Assembly: GCA_002269645.1 (NCBI GenBank)
Contig: NIVC01001253.1
Location: forward strand, 186,001 to 250,000
DNA: 64,000 nucleotides
From: Macrostomum lignano
Lineage: Eukaryota
Direction: 5' to 3'
Position 1 is the first letter of the stretch; each line of letters begins with the position of its first letter. Both the position numbers and the translations under genes were made by a program. The notes beneath the pieces were generated by a model. The model saw nothing but the letters and a program-made list of their open reading frames with translations. It did no database searches and was not told the origin of the DNA. Shown here piece by piece: positions 13,761 through 26,250 of the stretch.

Positions 13761-15527
13761 GTGCTTCCGAGCTCCTCATAGCCCGCAAGCTCACGGCCCT
13801 GTCCAGTCGCTATCGCCGCAATCGCTCGTCCGGTTTCGCCCAGCTGCTTCGGCCAGCGTCCACCGCGGCCGCCTGCACCGCAGTCTGGCAACAGCCTGGC
13901 AGAAGTTTGCGCCAACTGCGCCACGGAGAATGACTGCCCTGCCGAGCTGCCAGCCAGTCAGCTGTGGCTCGCCATGCGACTGGCCTTCGCTGGCGGACCG
14001 CTGGAGACTTTTTCTATTGATGATGGCTGGCAGGCTTTGGCTCTGGCTGGCAGGTGGCTGCCTCTCTGGCTGCTGCTGAGGCACAGCTGCAGTTTGAGCA
14101 TCGGGATCTGCACTGGGGCAATGTGCTGGTGAGCTGGCTGGCTTATTGGACTGTTGAACAAAATTGTGATTTGATACAATTTTCAGGTCTTCTTGATTCT
14201 AATCTTTGATCCCAGGTCTTGATTCTAATCTTTGATCCGAGGTCTTGATTCTAATCTTTGTTCTCAGGTCTTGATTCTAATCTTTGTTCTTAGGACTTGA
14301 TTCTAATCTTTGTTCTTAGGTCTTGATTCTAATCTTTGTTCTTAGGTCTTGATTCTAATCTTTGTTCCCAGGTCTTGATTCTAATTTTTGTTACCAGGTC
14401 TTGATTCTAATCTTTGTTCCCAGGTCTTGATTCTAATCTTTGTTCCCAGGTCATCTTTGATCCCAGATCTTTATTCCAATCTTTTATCCCAGATCTTGAT
14501 TCCAATCTTTTATCCCAGATCTTGATTCCAATCTTTTATCCCAGATCTTGATTCCAATCTTTGATCCCAGGTCTTGATTCTAATCTTTGTTCCCAGATTT
14601 TGATTCTAATCTTTGTTCCCAGGTCTTGATTCCAATCTTTGAACCCAGATATTGATTCCAATCTTTGATCCCAGGTCTTGATTCTAATCTTTGTTTCCAG
14701 ATCTTGATTCTAATCTTTGTTCCCAGGTCTTGATTCCAATCTTTGAACCTAGGTCTTGATTCTAATCTTTGTTCCCAGGTCTTGATTTTAATCTTTGATC
14801 CCAGGTCTTGATTCTAATCTTTGTTCCCAGATATTGATTCTAATCTTTGTTCCCAGATATTGATTCTAATCTTTGTTCCCAGGTCATCTTTGATCCCAGA
14901 TCTTTATTCTAATCTTTTATCCCAGATCTTGATTCCAATTTTTATCAATCCTTGAATGTCGACTCCTTGAGCTCTAATGCAAGATCCCAGATACTTCATC
15001 CTTCAACTTTTTTGTGATGTGATCTGACACCCCATCTCCAAGCCACCCTTCAGTGCCTTTATGCCCTCCGTTTTGTGCCAACTCTCACTCAGATCCAAAC
15101 CGCCGCGGGCTCGTCCGCATCCTACCTGGTTGCCGGGCGTCCAGTTGTCATAGCAACCCGCGGCATCGCTGCCACTGTCATAGACTTCACCATCAGCCGG
15201 CTGAGTCCCAGCCCCAGCTGCGTGATGTTCACCGACCTGAGTGACGATGAAGAGCTATTCGCTGGAGAAGGCGATTATCAGTTCGAAATCTACCGCCTGA
15301 TGCGATCGGAGTGCAACGACAATTGGCGTCAGTTCGTGCCCAAAACCAATGTCTACTGGATGCACTATTTAGCGATGAAGATGCTGGAGAAGCTGGGCGA
15401 TGAAGCTGACGGATTGGCTGATTTGAAGAGACTGACTGATCGATTATTGAACTATTCCAGCTGTCAGGAGTTGGTCCTGTGCACCGGGACTGACGATCCA
15501 TTTGCTGCTGTCAGGGTTTGTAACTAG
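13761..15527 (+). CDS. haspin: Haspin serine/threonine kinase, 3' exons (5' part in or before the gap); three 1-bp deletions in the first visible exon
   Basis: Exons 13761-14128 and 15093-15527 (phase 0). Haspin hallmarks: FEHRDLHWGNVL, IDFTISRL, DEELFAGEGDYQFEIYRLM, TNVYWMHYL. Frame slips at ~13851, ~13909 and ~14048. Confidence 0.88.
14184..14940. repeat. 26-bp minisatellite GTCTTGATTCTAATCTTTGTTCCCAG in the haspin intron
   Basis: Directly visible, roughly 29 copies. Confidence 0.96.
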
Positions 15528-15607
15528 ATCTCGTACCTTTCTATTGCGTAATCTCTATTGCCTTTGTGTAATATAGCTATCACTGATTCATGGCATTTAG
15601 CCTAGCT

Positions 15608-15967
15608 TATGGGTCGGCAAACTCTGGCCCTCCAAGCGTCTCGATCCGGCCATCGGGTTCTTGTAAAATAGCAATACGGCCCGCCTAAGTCTTGTGTCTC
15701 TTCTAACCTCTCCATTCTCTCCTCTCCTCTCGTCTCCCTTCTCTCCCCTTCTCTTCCCTCCCTTCTCTCCTCTCCTCTTCCTCTTGTCTCCCTTCTCTTC
15801 TCTCCCTTCTCTCCTCCTCTCTCTTCTCTCTTCCCCTTCTCTTCTATCTTATCCCTTCTTTATCTCACCTCTACTCTCCTCCTCTCCTCTCTTCTATTTT
15901 CCTTCTCTTCCTTCTCGACTCTCTCCCATTCTCCCGGCCCTCAAGATGGCAAGTTTGCCAGCTCCTA
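15608..15967. mobile_element. hAT/Charlie-like MITE (copy 2) with internal CT tract
   Basis: TIR-like ends TATGGGTCGGCAAACT ... AGTTTGCCAGCTCCTA. 8-bp flanks gcctagct/gcctagta. Confidence 0.6.
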
Positions 15968-16532
15968 GCCTAGTAGAACAGTACAGCCTTTAAAAATTAC
16001 CCAATGGATTATAATTATGCACTTTTACATGTATACGTAACGGTAATGTGCATGCCGCTATCATTGTGCCACCAATGGTTTTGCATTAATTCTTAGTTTT
16101 AGTCTTCTTTATTTGTTTTATTTTTACTGCCAATATATAATTACTATTTGTTTGCGTAGACAATTAAATATTTTTCGCCTATCTTTGCTAAAACAATATA
16201 CAAGTGCAGTCATTTTTGTTGCGCAATAATTTTTTTCAACATAGAAAACGGCATTTGTGTAAATTTAAACAACTGAAAATCAAATCCAGTTTCACATTTC
16301 TACGATTATTTTAAATTTATTTATCGTCATAAGCTACTGACAATAGTAGTTTGGTGCTACAGATAATTTATTTAAGTTATGTATTTATTTTACTAAACAG
16401 TGAACACTTGCATTAGGAGTGTATGTACATGTGCACATACACGTGTCAGCGTGCCTACAATATTTGCGTCTGCTGATAGCTAGTGAAAACTGTTTGCCAC
16501 AAATGGGTACTGTATTTTTGCGGCTGAATCTA

Positions 16533-17570
16533 AGGAATCGCCTCTGAATCATCAAGAATTCAAACAATCGCCCCTGAATCATCAAATATTGAAAGAATCG
16601 CCCCTGAATCATCAAGAATTTAATGAATCGCCCCTGAATCATCAAATATTGAAAGAATCGCCCCTGAATCATCAAGAATTTAATGAATCGCCCCGGAATC
16701 ATCGACAGCTCAAAGAATCGCCCCTGAATCATCGAAATCTCAAAGAATCACCCCTGAATCATCCAGAATTTAAAGAATCGCCCTGAATCATCAAGAATTT
16801 AAAGAATCGCCCCTGAATCATCGACAGCTCAAAGAATCACCCCTGAATCATCAAGAATTTAAAGAATCACCCCTGAATCATCAAGAATTAAAAGAATCAC
16901 CCCTGAATCATCAAGAATTAAAAGAATCGCCCCTGAATCATCGACAGATCAAAGAATCACCCCTGAATCATCCAGAATTTAAAGAATCGCCCCTGAATCA
17001 TCGACAGCTCAAAGAATCGCCCTGAATCATCAAGAATTTAAAGAATCGCCTCTAAACCATCAAGAATTAAAATAATCGCCTCTGAACCATCAAGAATTAA
17101 AAGAATCGCCTCTGAACCATCAAGAATTAAAATAATCGCCTCTGAATCATCAAGAATTAAAAGAATCGCCTCTGAACCATCAAGAATTAAAAGAATCGCC
17201 TCTGAACCATCAAGAATTAAAATAATCGCCTCTGAACCATCAAGAATTAAAAGAATCGCCCCTGAACCATCAAGAATTAAAAGAATCGCCTCTGAACCAT
17301 CAAGAATTAAAAGAATCGCCTCTGAACCATCAAGAATTAAAAGAATCGCCTCTGAACCATCAAGAATTAAAAGAATCGCCTCTGAACCATAAAGAATTAA
17401 AATAATCGCCTCTGAACCATCAAGAATTAAAAGAATCGCCTCTGAACCATCAAGAATTAAAATAATCGCCTCTGAACCATCAAGAATTAAAATAATCGCC
17501 TCTGAACCATCAAGAATTAAAAGAATCGCCTCTGAATTATCAAATATTAAATGAATCGCTCCTTAATCAT
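16533..17570. repeat. 30-bp minisatellite GAATCGCCCCTGAATCATCAAGAATTTAAA
   Basis: Directly visible. The left and right halves carry different homogenised variants. Confidence 0.96.
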
Positions 17571-17757
17571 CGGCCGTTGAACTTCACCCAGCAATACAAA
17601 TTTAAAATAGCGTCTGAGCATCTGAAGCTGTTTATGTACTTTTAAAGAATCGTTAATCGATCAACGAAACAGAATAGTTAGAAGTCCGTCATTAAAGTCT
17701 GTCAGTAGTCGCAAACTACGCCATCTCCTTATAACAACGCCATTAGTGGCTGTCGGT

Positions 17758-19542
17758 CTACTTTCCTGAATCGTCTGTCCCATTGGTTGAGGGCAGCGCT
17801 ACTCGCTGGCAATACCTTGACACCAGCGGTATCCAGCTGCCGTCCCCGCCTCCGCTGCCGCCCGCTGCGCCACCCCCGCCGCCTCCTCCTCCGACGCTAC
17901 CGCCGGCCCCGCCGCCAGCGCTGGCACCGCCGCCTCCCGCGCCGGATTTGCCTCCAGCCGCTGTGCCGTCCGCCTTCAGTACGATGTCGTGAATAATGCA
18001 GTGGTAGCCTTGCGGGCACGAGCATTTGAAGGTCACGGATACGGGACCGCCAGACGTTGACTGGCGCTTCTCAGCGCAAACTGTCGGACGTCCGGTTGAA
18101 GTTGGCGACCCTGCAACTGCCGGCTGTCGGTCTGGTGTGGCTGCGGCTGTTCCAGCAGTCGAGGTCGCGGGCAGGGCTGGAGCTGATGGCAGTAGGGAAT
18201 CTGGAACTCGGCACTGCTCGATGGGGCAAACGAATTCGTAAACCCACTGGTTGTTCTGCAGACTCCAGGAGCGAAGCTGGTACAGCGGCACCTTGGATAC
18301 AGAGATGGTTAATGTCCAAGGAATAAAAATTGTTTCAATGGCAACCGGACAGCTGTAGAAATGCGTCATCAGCTACACAATTTATTCCCCTTGGCAACCG
18401 GACAGCTGCAGAAATGCATCAGCAACATACCTTTTTATTCCCCATGGCAACCGGACAGCTGCAGGAAGGCTTCATCATCTAACACACCTTATTCCCCATG
18501 GCAACCGGACAGCTGCAGGAATGCTTCATCATCTACCACACCTTATTCCCCATGGCAACCCGACAGCTGCAGGAATGCTTCATCATCTACCACACCTTAT
18601 TCCCCATGGCAACCGGACAGCTGCAGAAATGCTTCATCATCTAACACACCTTATTCCCCATGGCAACCGGACAGCTACAGAAATGCATCATCAGCTACAC
18701 ACCTTATTCCCCATGGCAACCGGACAGCTGCAGGAATGCTTCATCATCTAACACACCTTATTCCCCATGGCAACCCGACAGCTGCAGGAATGATTCATCA
18801 GCTACACACCTTCTTATTCCCCATGGCAACCGGACAGCTGCAGGAATGCTTCATCATCTACCACACCTTATTCCCCATGGCAACCGGACAGCTGCAGAAA
18901 TGCATCATCAGCTACACACCTTATTCCCCATGGCAACCGGACAGCTGTAGAAATGCATCATCAGCTACACACCTTATTCCCCATGACAACTGGACAGATG
19001 CAGAAATGCGTCAGCAGCTACACACCTTATTCCCCATGGCAACCGGACAGCTGCAGAAATGCATCATCAGCTACACACCTTATTCCCATGGCAACCGGAC
19101 AGCTGCAGAAATGCATTATCATCTAACACACCTTATTCCCCATGGCAACCGGACAGCTGCAGGAGTGTCTCCTTAACTGGGGTCTCCAGGCATCGTGCGG
19201 ACTGTCAAAGATGGCCGCCACCTCTCCAGAGTTGCAGCGTCGATCGGGTTTTTGCAGCTCGCCGCACGCCAGGAACTGCACCAGCAGGTCCGGGTGCTCA
19301 AAGTGCAGCCAAACGAAACTGTTATCAGCCGTCAGGGACACGTGCTCGCCGCTGCAGTGCTGGCAGCCTCTGCAGTACTGTCCCTGGTCTACCACTTTGT
19401 CGTGAAAGTGTAGTATAGCGTTGCACACCAGTCCAGGCTTGACTTCCTCATCAACGAAGCACTTGGGAGGCACCAGTGTCTGACTAGCAGCCATCGACAG
19501 TACAATGGTTAGGACGGTGGTGGCACATTCTATTGCGGACAT
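17758..19542 (-). CDS. Secreted cysteine-rich protein, Argos/giant-lens-like, 2 coding exons, 314 aa
   Basis: Exons 19542-19132 and 18291-17758 (phase 0, AAG|gtgtgt ... ccaag|GTG). Hydrophobic N-terminus MSAIECATTVLTIVLSMAASQ. Cys blocks HSCSCP, YEFVCPIEQC, CSCPQGYHC and SRYC resemble Argos VHCRCP, YLFACSPL..C, CQCPKGHRC and SGYC. The gene model is well supported; the family call is moderate. Confidence 0.6.
18337..19162. repeat. ~54-bp minisatellite made of the exon end and donor site of the Argos-like gene
   Basis: About 15 copies of CCTTATTCCCCATGGCAACCGGACAGCTGCAG(G/A)AATGC...ACACA. Confidence 0.96.
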
Positions 19543-20109
19543 TGCTCTGTGCATATACAACAGTCAGATATTTCGTGTGTATGCGGACGACTGGCTAGTT
19601 CGGTTGTTAATTTATCTTTCGATCGAGCTTCTCTCGTCTGCCCACCCCCCCCCCACGCCACGGCACGGCCCCATTCGTCAGGGGTTGGGCCAGCACAGAA
19701 GCCAGAATGAGTAATGAGGTCGGCATGCAGCCATTCGATGCGGAACCTGCGTCCATGAGTGAGAAATGCGAGCTTGGAGCGAGTGAGTGTGTGCTCGAAA
19801 GTGGATGGGCCAGTAGCGGAAGTGGACGGGATGAGAAATATTGCGGAACGTTGAGACGGTCGAGAAAATCCCAAACCGCACGAGGGGCGAATTCATAAGC
19901 GGTACGAGCTGGAAAGAAGTTAATTCTGGAGATCTGGGATTTATTTATTTATTATTATGCAAAGAAATTGCTGCAAAAATCCGTGCACTAAAATTTTCTT
20001 TTAATGCTTTCTGCATTATTTATTTCTTACATTATTTACTCACCACTATTTCCCTCTACACTTCCCTCTGTCTATTGTTGTCCTCATCATGTATGTCTCC
20101 CATCTTATG

Positions 20110-21860
20110 TCGCCTCCCTCTACCCCTCCCTCTACCCCCCTCTGTCCTCTCCCTATATCCCCTCTATCCCTCCCTCTATCCCTCCCTCTATCCCTCCCTC
20201 TACCCCCTCTGTCCTCTCCCTCTATCCCCTCTGTCCCTCCCTCTATCCCTCCCTCTATCCCTCCCTTTATCCCCTCTGTCCTCTCCCTCTATCCCTCCCT
20301 CTATCCCTCCCTCTATCCCCTCTGTCCTCTCCCTCTATCCCCTCTGTCCCTCCCTCTATCCCTCCCTCTATCCCTCCCTCTATCCCTCCCTCTATCCCTC
20401 CCTCTAAACCTCCCTCTATCCCTCCCTCTATCCCTCCCTCTAAACCTCCCTCTATCCCTCCCTCTATCCCTCCCTCTATCCCTCCCTCTAAACCTCCCTC
20501 TATCCCTCCCTCTATCCCTCCCTCTATCCCTCCCTCTACCCCCCTCTGTCCTCTCCCTATATCCCCTCTATCCCTCCCTCTATCCCTCCCTCTACCCCCC
20601 TCTGTCCTCTCCCTCTATCCCCTCTATCCCTCCCTCTATCCCTCCCTCTAAACCTCCCTCTATCCCTCCCTCTATCCCTCCCTCTAAACCTCCCTCTATC
20701 CCTCCCTCTATCCCTCCCTCTATCCCTCCCTCTACCCCCCTCTGTCCTCTCCCTATATCCCCTCTATCCCCCCTCTATCCCTCCCTCTATCCCTCCCTCT
20801 AAACCTCCCTCTATCCCTCCCTCTATCCCTCCCTCTAAACCTCCCTCTATCCCTCCCTCTATCCCTCCCTCTACCCCCCTCTGTCCTCTCCCTATATCCC
20901 CTCTATCCCTCCCTCTATCCCTCCCTCTATCCCTCCCTCTACCCCCCTCTGTCCTCTCCCTATATCCCCTCTATCCCTCCCTCTATCCCTCCCTCTATCC
21001 CTCCCTCTACCCCCTCTGTCCTCTCCCTCTATCCCCTCTGTCCCTCCCTCTATCCCTCCCTCTATCCCTCCCTCTATCCCCTCTGTCCTCTCCCTCTATC
21101 CCCTCTGTCCCTCCCTCTATCCCTCCCTCTATCCCTCCCTCTATCCCTCCCTCTATCCCTCCCTCTACCCCCCTCTGTCCTCTCCCTCTATCCCCTCTAT
21201 CCCCCCTCTATCCCTCCCTCTATCCCTCCCTCTACCCCCCTCTGTCCTCTCCCTCTATCCCCTCTATCCCTCCCTCTATCCCTCCCTCTATCCCTCTCTC
21301 TACCCCCCTCTGTCCTCTCCCTATATCCCCTCTATCCCTCCCTCTATCCCTCCCTCTACCCCTCTGTCCTCTCCCTCTATCCCCTCTGTCCCTCCCTCTA
21401 TCCCTCCCTCTATCCCTCCCTCTATCCCTCCCTCTATCCCTCCCTCTACCCCCCTCTGTCCTCTCCCTCTATCCCCTCTATCCCTCCCTCTATCCCTCCC
21501 TCTATCCCTCCCTCTAAACCTCCCTCTATCCCTCCCTCTATCCCCTCTGTCCTCTCCCTCTATCCCCTCTATCCCTCCCTCTGTCCCTCCCTCTATCCCT
21601 CCCTCTATCCCTCCCTCTATCCCCTCTGTCCTCTCCCTCTATCCCCTCTATCCCTCCCTCTATCCCCTCTGTCCTCTCCCTCTATCCCCTCTATCCCTCT
21701 CTCTATCCCTCCCTCTATCCCTCCCTCTATCCCTCCCTCTAAACCTCCTTCTATCCCTCTCTCTATCCCTCCCTCTATCCCTCCCTCTATCCCTCCCTCT
21801 AAACCTCCTTCTATCCCTCTCTCTATCCCTCCCTCTATTCCTCCCTCTATCTCTCCCTCT
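20110..21860. repeat. Polypyrimidine 12-bp-based repeat (CCCTCTATCCCT)n
   Basis: Directly visible. Confidence 0.97.
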
Positions 21861-22789
21861 GTCCTCTCCCGATATCCAAGCTTCCATCCTCTCTATATCT
21901 CTCCCCTGTCCCCTCCGTCCCATCTCTCCCTTCCCCCCCTCACATCCCTCTGTCCCTGCCTTCCCTTCCCATATCACCCCATTTCCTTCACTCCAGTTAA
22001 CCAGGTATAAAAATTAGTAGAACAGAATGTCTTCTCTACCAATGCGAGTATACGTACTAGGGATCCACAAGCGTAGATTGCTCTGACTAATTGATTAATT
22101 ACTAGCAATAATAGATAACTAAAGAAGATAAATGAGTTTTACATAAAGCCATTCCAGTCGAATCTCTTTGATTTACACACTTGAGCTGCCTCAATCATAG
22201 GAAGACGGCTAATACTTTAATAGACAGTACTATAGAGTCTTGGATAAAAAAGGCCATACCTACTCAAGAGTGTAATGGAAGCATCCCGATCCCAAGCCCC
22301 CGTTGCTCTGGCTGCGGTCCCCCGAGAGATGGTTTTCTTATCTCAGCGGAACTGCGCCAGCGTCAGGGATTTCAGGGTCTCTCCGTCTCCTTACCTCTCT
22401 CCCCATCCCCCCGGGTTAGGGAACAGCCTAGCCTAGCCCAGCCATTTCGGCTGATGATGCTGCTGATGATGATGATGGAGAGAGCCAGGGAGACGGGAGT
22501 AATGGGGCAGCCGCCAGGGGAACTGCTGGTCTCGAGTTAACCGGGTTGGGAGGCGCCTAAAGAGGGAAGTGACTAAAGCGAAGCCACGGCCTGAGCGAGA
22601 GTCGAAATTCACTTTTTCTCTCGATCGCGTTCTCTCTCGCATTTGCCTGCCTTCTATTCCGGTCGCAGTTGCAATATATGTGGTGACCTCTGTTAGTGCG
22701 CTGCTCTGCTAAAGCTTTTTGATAAATCTTTCAAACATAAACTTGCCAACTAATACATACATTTACTTACTCGTGAAGTAACTAATGAC

Positions 22790-23232
22790 CTCACAATTGA
22801 ACTCATCTATAAACTCACTCATGAACTCACTCATGAACTCACTCATGAACTCACTCATGAACTCACTCATGAACTCACTCATGAACTCACTCATGAACTC
22901 ACTCATGAACTCACTCATGAATTCACTCATGAACTCACTCATGAACTCACTCATGAACTCACTCATGAACTCATTCATGAACTCACTCATGAACTCACTC
23001 ATGAACTCACTCATGAACTCAGTCATGAACTCACTCATGAACTCACTTATGAACTCAGTCATAAACTCTGAGTTCATAACTCATGAACTCACTTATGAAC
23101 TCACTCATGAACTCAGTCATAAACTCTGTGTTCATCACTCATGAACTCACTTATGAACTCAGTCATAAACTCTGAGTTCATAACTCATGAACTCACTTAT
23201 GAACTCACTCATGAACTCAGTCATAAACTCTG
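22790..23232. repeat. 12-bp minisatellite ATGAACTCACTC
   Basis: Directly visible. Confidence 0.97.
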
Positions 23233-23239
23233 AGATAGT

Positions 23240-23640
<401 letters not shown>

Positions 23641-24249
23641 ATTTATCAACTATCAATCTTTTTTATCAACCTCTTATAGGAGGAAAAACAGAATACGCAA
23701 GTATACTATTAAATTTTATTATGCATTTGTTGCTTGAAAAGACCCAGCCGTATTTATGCTGGTTTCTTAGATTTTGCTGCATTTTTTCAACACGAGGAAC
23801 AGCAGCGGTTTTTGTTTCTGGGCAGAGGGGAATTCCCCTGCGAATTTCCAGCTTCAAACACAGCTGCTGTTGTCATGACAGTGTCATGAATAATTTATAG
23901 GCTCCGTTTCTTTTTATTTTTCCGTGTCGTGACGACGCTGCAAGCTCGTGGAAATTCTTGGGTTCGTGATCGGCGCCCTGAGGGAGAGGGAATGATTCTG
24001 CTAGAGAATTCGTTTTTTAAATTGATTATTTTGTTTTATTTAGTATGGATACTTCACGCTTTTCCAGTGGTTGGCATGCTTATATTGTGGCGCCACTTTT
24101 GTATTATTTGTGGCGCCTTCTTTGCGTGGATTTGGCGCCATCTTTGCATCGATGTAAGCGCCATTTTTTTATGATCGTGATGCCATTCTAAATGAATTGT
24201 GATGCCATTTTAAGGGATTAGGTGCCCTTTTTATAGGATTGAGTCGCTT

Positions 24250-24900
24250 TTTTGCATGGGTTGTAGCGCCATTTTGCATAGATTGTGGCGCCATTTTTGC
24301 ACGGCTTGTAGCGCCATTTTGCATAAATTGTGGCGTCATTTTTGCATGGGTTGTAGCGCCATTTTTGCTCGGCTTGTAGCGCCATTTTTGCATAGGTTGT
24401 AGCGCCATTTTGCATAAATTGTGGCGCCATTTTTGCATGGGTTGTAGCGCCATTTTGCATAGATTGTGGTGCCATTTTTGCACGGCTTGTAGCACCATTT
24501 TTGCATGGGTTGTAGCGCCATTTTGTATAGATTGTGGCACCATTTTTGCATGGGTTGTAGCGCCATTTTGCGTAGATTGTGGCGCCATTTTTGCACGGCT
24601 TGTAGCACCATTTTTGCATGGGTTGTAGCGCCATTTTGTATAGATTGTGGCACCATTTTTGCATGGGTTGTAGCGCCATTTTGTATAGATTGTGGCACCA
24701 TTTTTGCATGGGTTGTAGCGCCATTTTGCGTAGATTGTGGCGCCATTTTTGCACGGCTTGTAGCACCATTTTTGCATGGGTTGTAGCGCCATTTTGTATA
24801 GATTGTGGCACCATTTTTGCATGGGTTGTAGCGCCATTTTGCGTAGATTGTGGCGCCATTTTTGCTTAGATTGTGGCGCCATTTTTTCATGAATTGTGGC
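24250..24900. repeat. 22/23-bp higher-order minisatellite (TTTTTGCATGGGTTGTAGCGCCA / TTTTGCATAGATTGTGGCGCCA)
   Basis: Directly visible alternating variants. Confidence 0.95.
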
Positions 24901-25448
24901 GCTATTTTTCATTAATTGTGGCGCCATCTTTGCATGGGTTGTGGCGCCTTTTTACACGGATTATGGCGCTATTATTGAATGGATTCTGGCGCCATCTTCT
25001 CACACTGATTGCAGCACCATCGTTACAGTCATTTTTCACAACTCTCATTTGCATGCATTCATTATCTCGAACATCCTAAGTAAATATTTGAAAGAAACAT
25101 TATATATACATATGCTCATGCTCAGGCTTCATCTGAAAATCTCTCCTTTCACAGATCAATGATACTCAGATACAGCAGCTATTGGTCTGTAAAAGTGCAA
25201 ATCCAGTGCTTCAGTGAGACGAGATAGATATTTTTGTGTTCAATACCGCAAATAATATAGAAGTTATAGGGTCCGATGGTCGATTTTACTGACTTGGGGG
25301 CTGAATAGCAGAAAAAAATTGTAGCTTTTGGGGTTTGGCTGCAATTATCTGCGTGCTGGTTGTGACCGCTGGACACGACAGGCCACAGAAAGTGATTAGG
25401 AGCGCGTGGGGTTTTAAATGCAGAAATTTATTGCAGTGGGCTGTGGAT

Positions 25449-25710
25449 AGAGAGTGAGGGAGACAGGGTAGAGTGAGGGAGACAGGGTAGAGTGAGGGAG
25501 ACAGGGTAGAGTGAGGGAGACAGGGTAGAGTGAGGGAGACAGGGTAGAGTGAGGGAGACAGGGTAGAGTGAGGGAGACAGGGTAGAGTGAGGGAGACAGG
25601 GTAGAGTGAGGGAGACAGGGTAGAGTGAGGGAGACAGGGTAGAGTGAGGGAGACAGGGTAGAGTGAGGGAGACACACAAACACACGGACACTGAGACAGA
25701 CAGACAAACC

Positions 25711-25761
<51 letters not shown>

Positions 25762-25762
25762 C

Positions 25763-25798
<36 letters not shown>

Positions 25799-25811
25799 CA
25801 CAGACAGACAC

Positions 25812-25861
<50 letters not shown>

Positions 25862-25862
25862 C

Positions 25863-25930
<68 letters not shown>

Positions 25931-25931
25931 C

Positions 25932-25962
<31 letters not shown>

Positions 25963-26015
25963 CACACACAGACAGACAGACACTAAGACGGAAGACACTA
26001 AGACGGAAGACACTA

Positions 26016-26056
<41 letters not shown>

Positions 26057-26147
26057 CACACACAGACAGACAGACAGACACTAAGACAGACAGACACTAA
26101 GACAGACAGACACTAAGACGGACAGACACTAAGACGGACAGACAGAA

Positions 26148-26243
<96 letters not shown>

Positions 26244-26250
26244 TGTCAGA
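25449..26250. repeat. 19/20-bp minisatellite (GAGTGAGGGAGACAGGGTA) followed by (GACA)n
   Basis: Directly visible. Confidence 0.96.
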
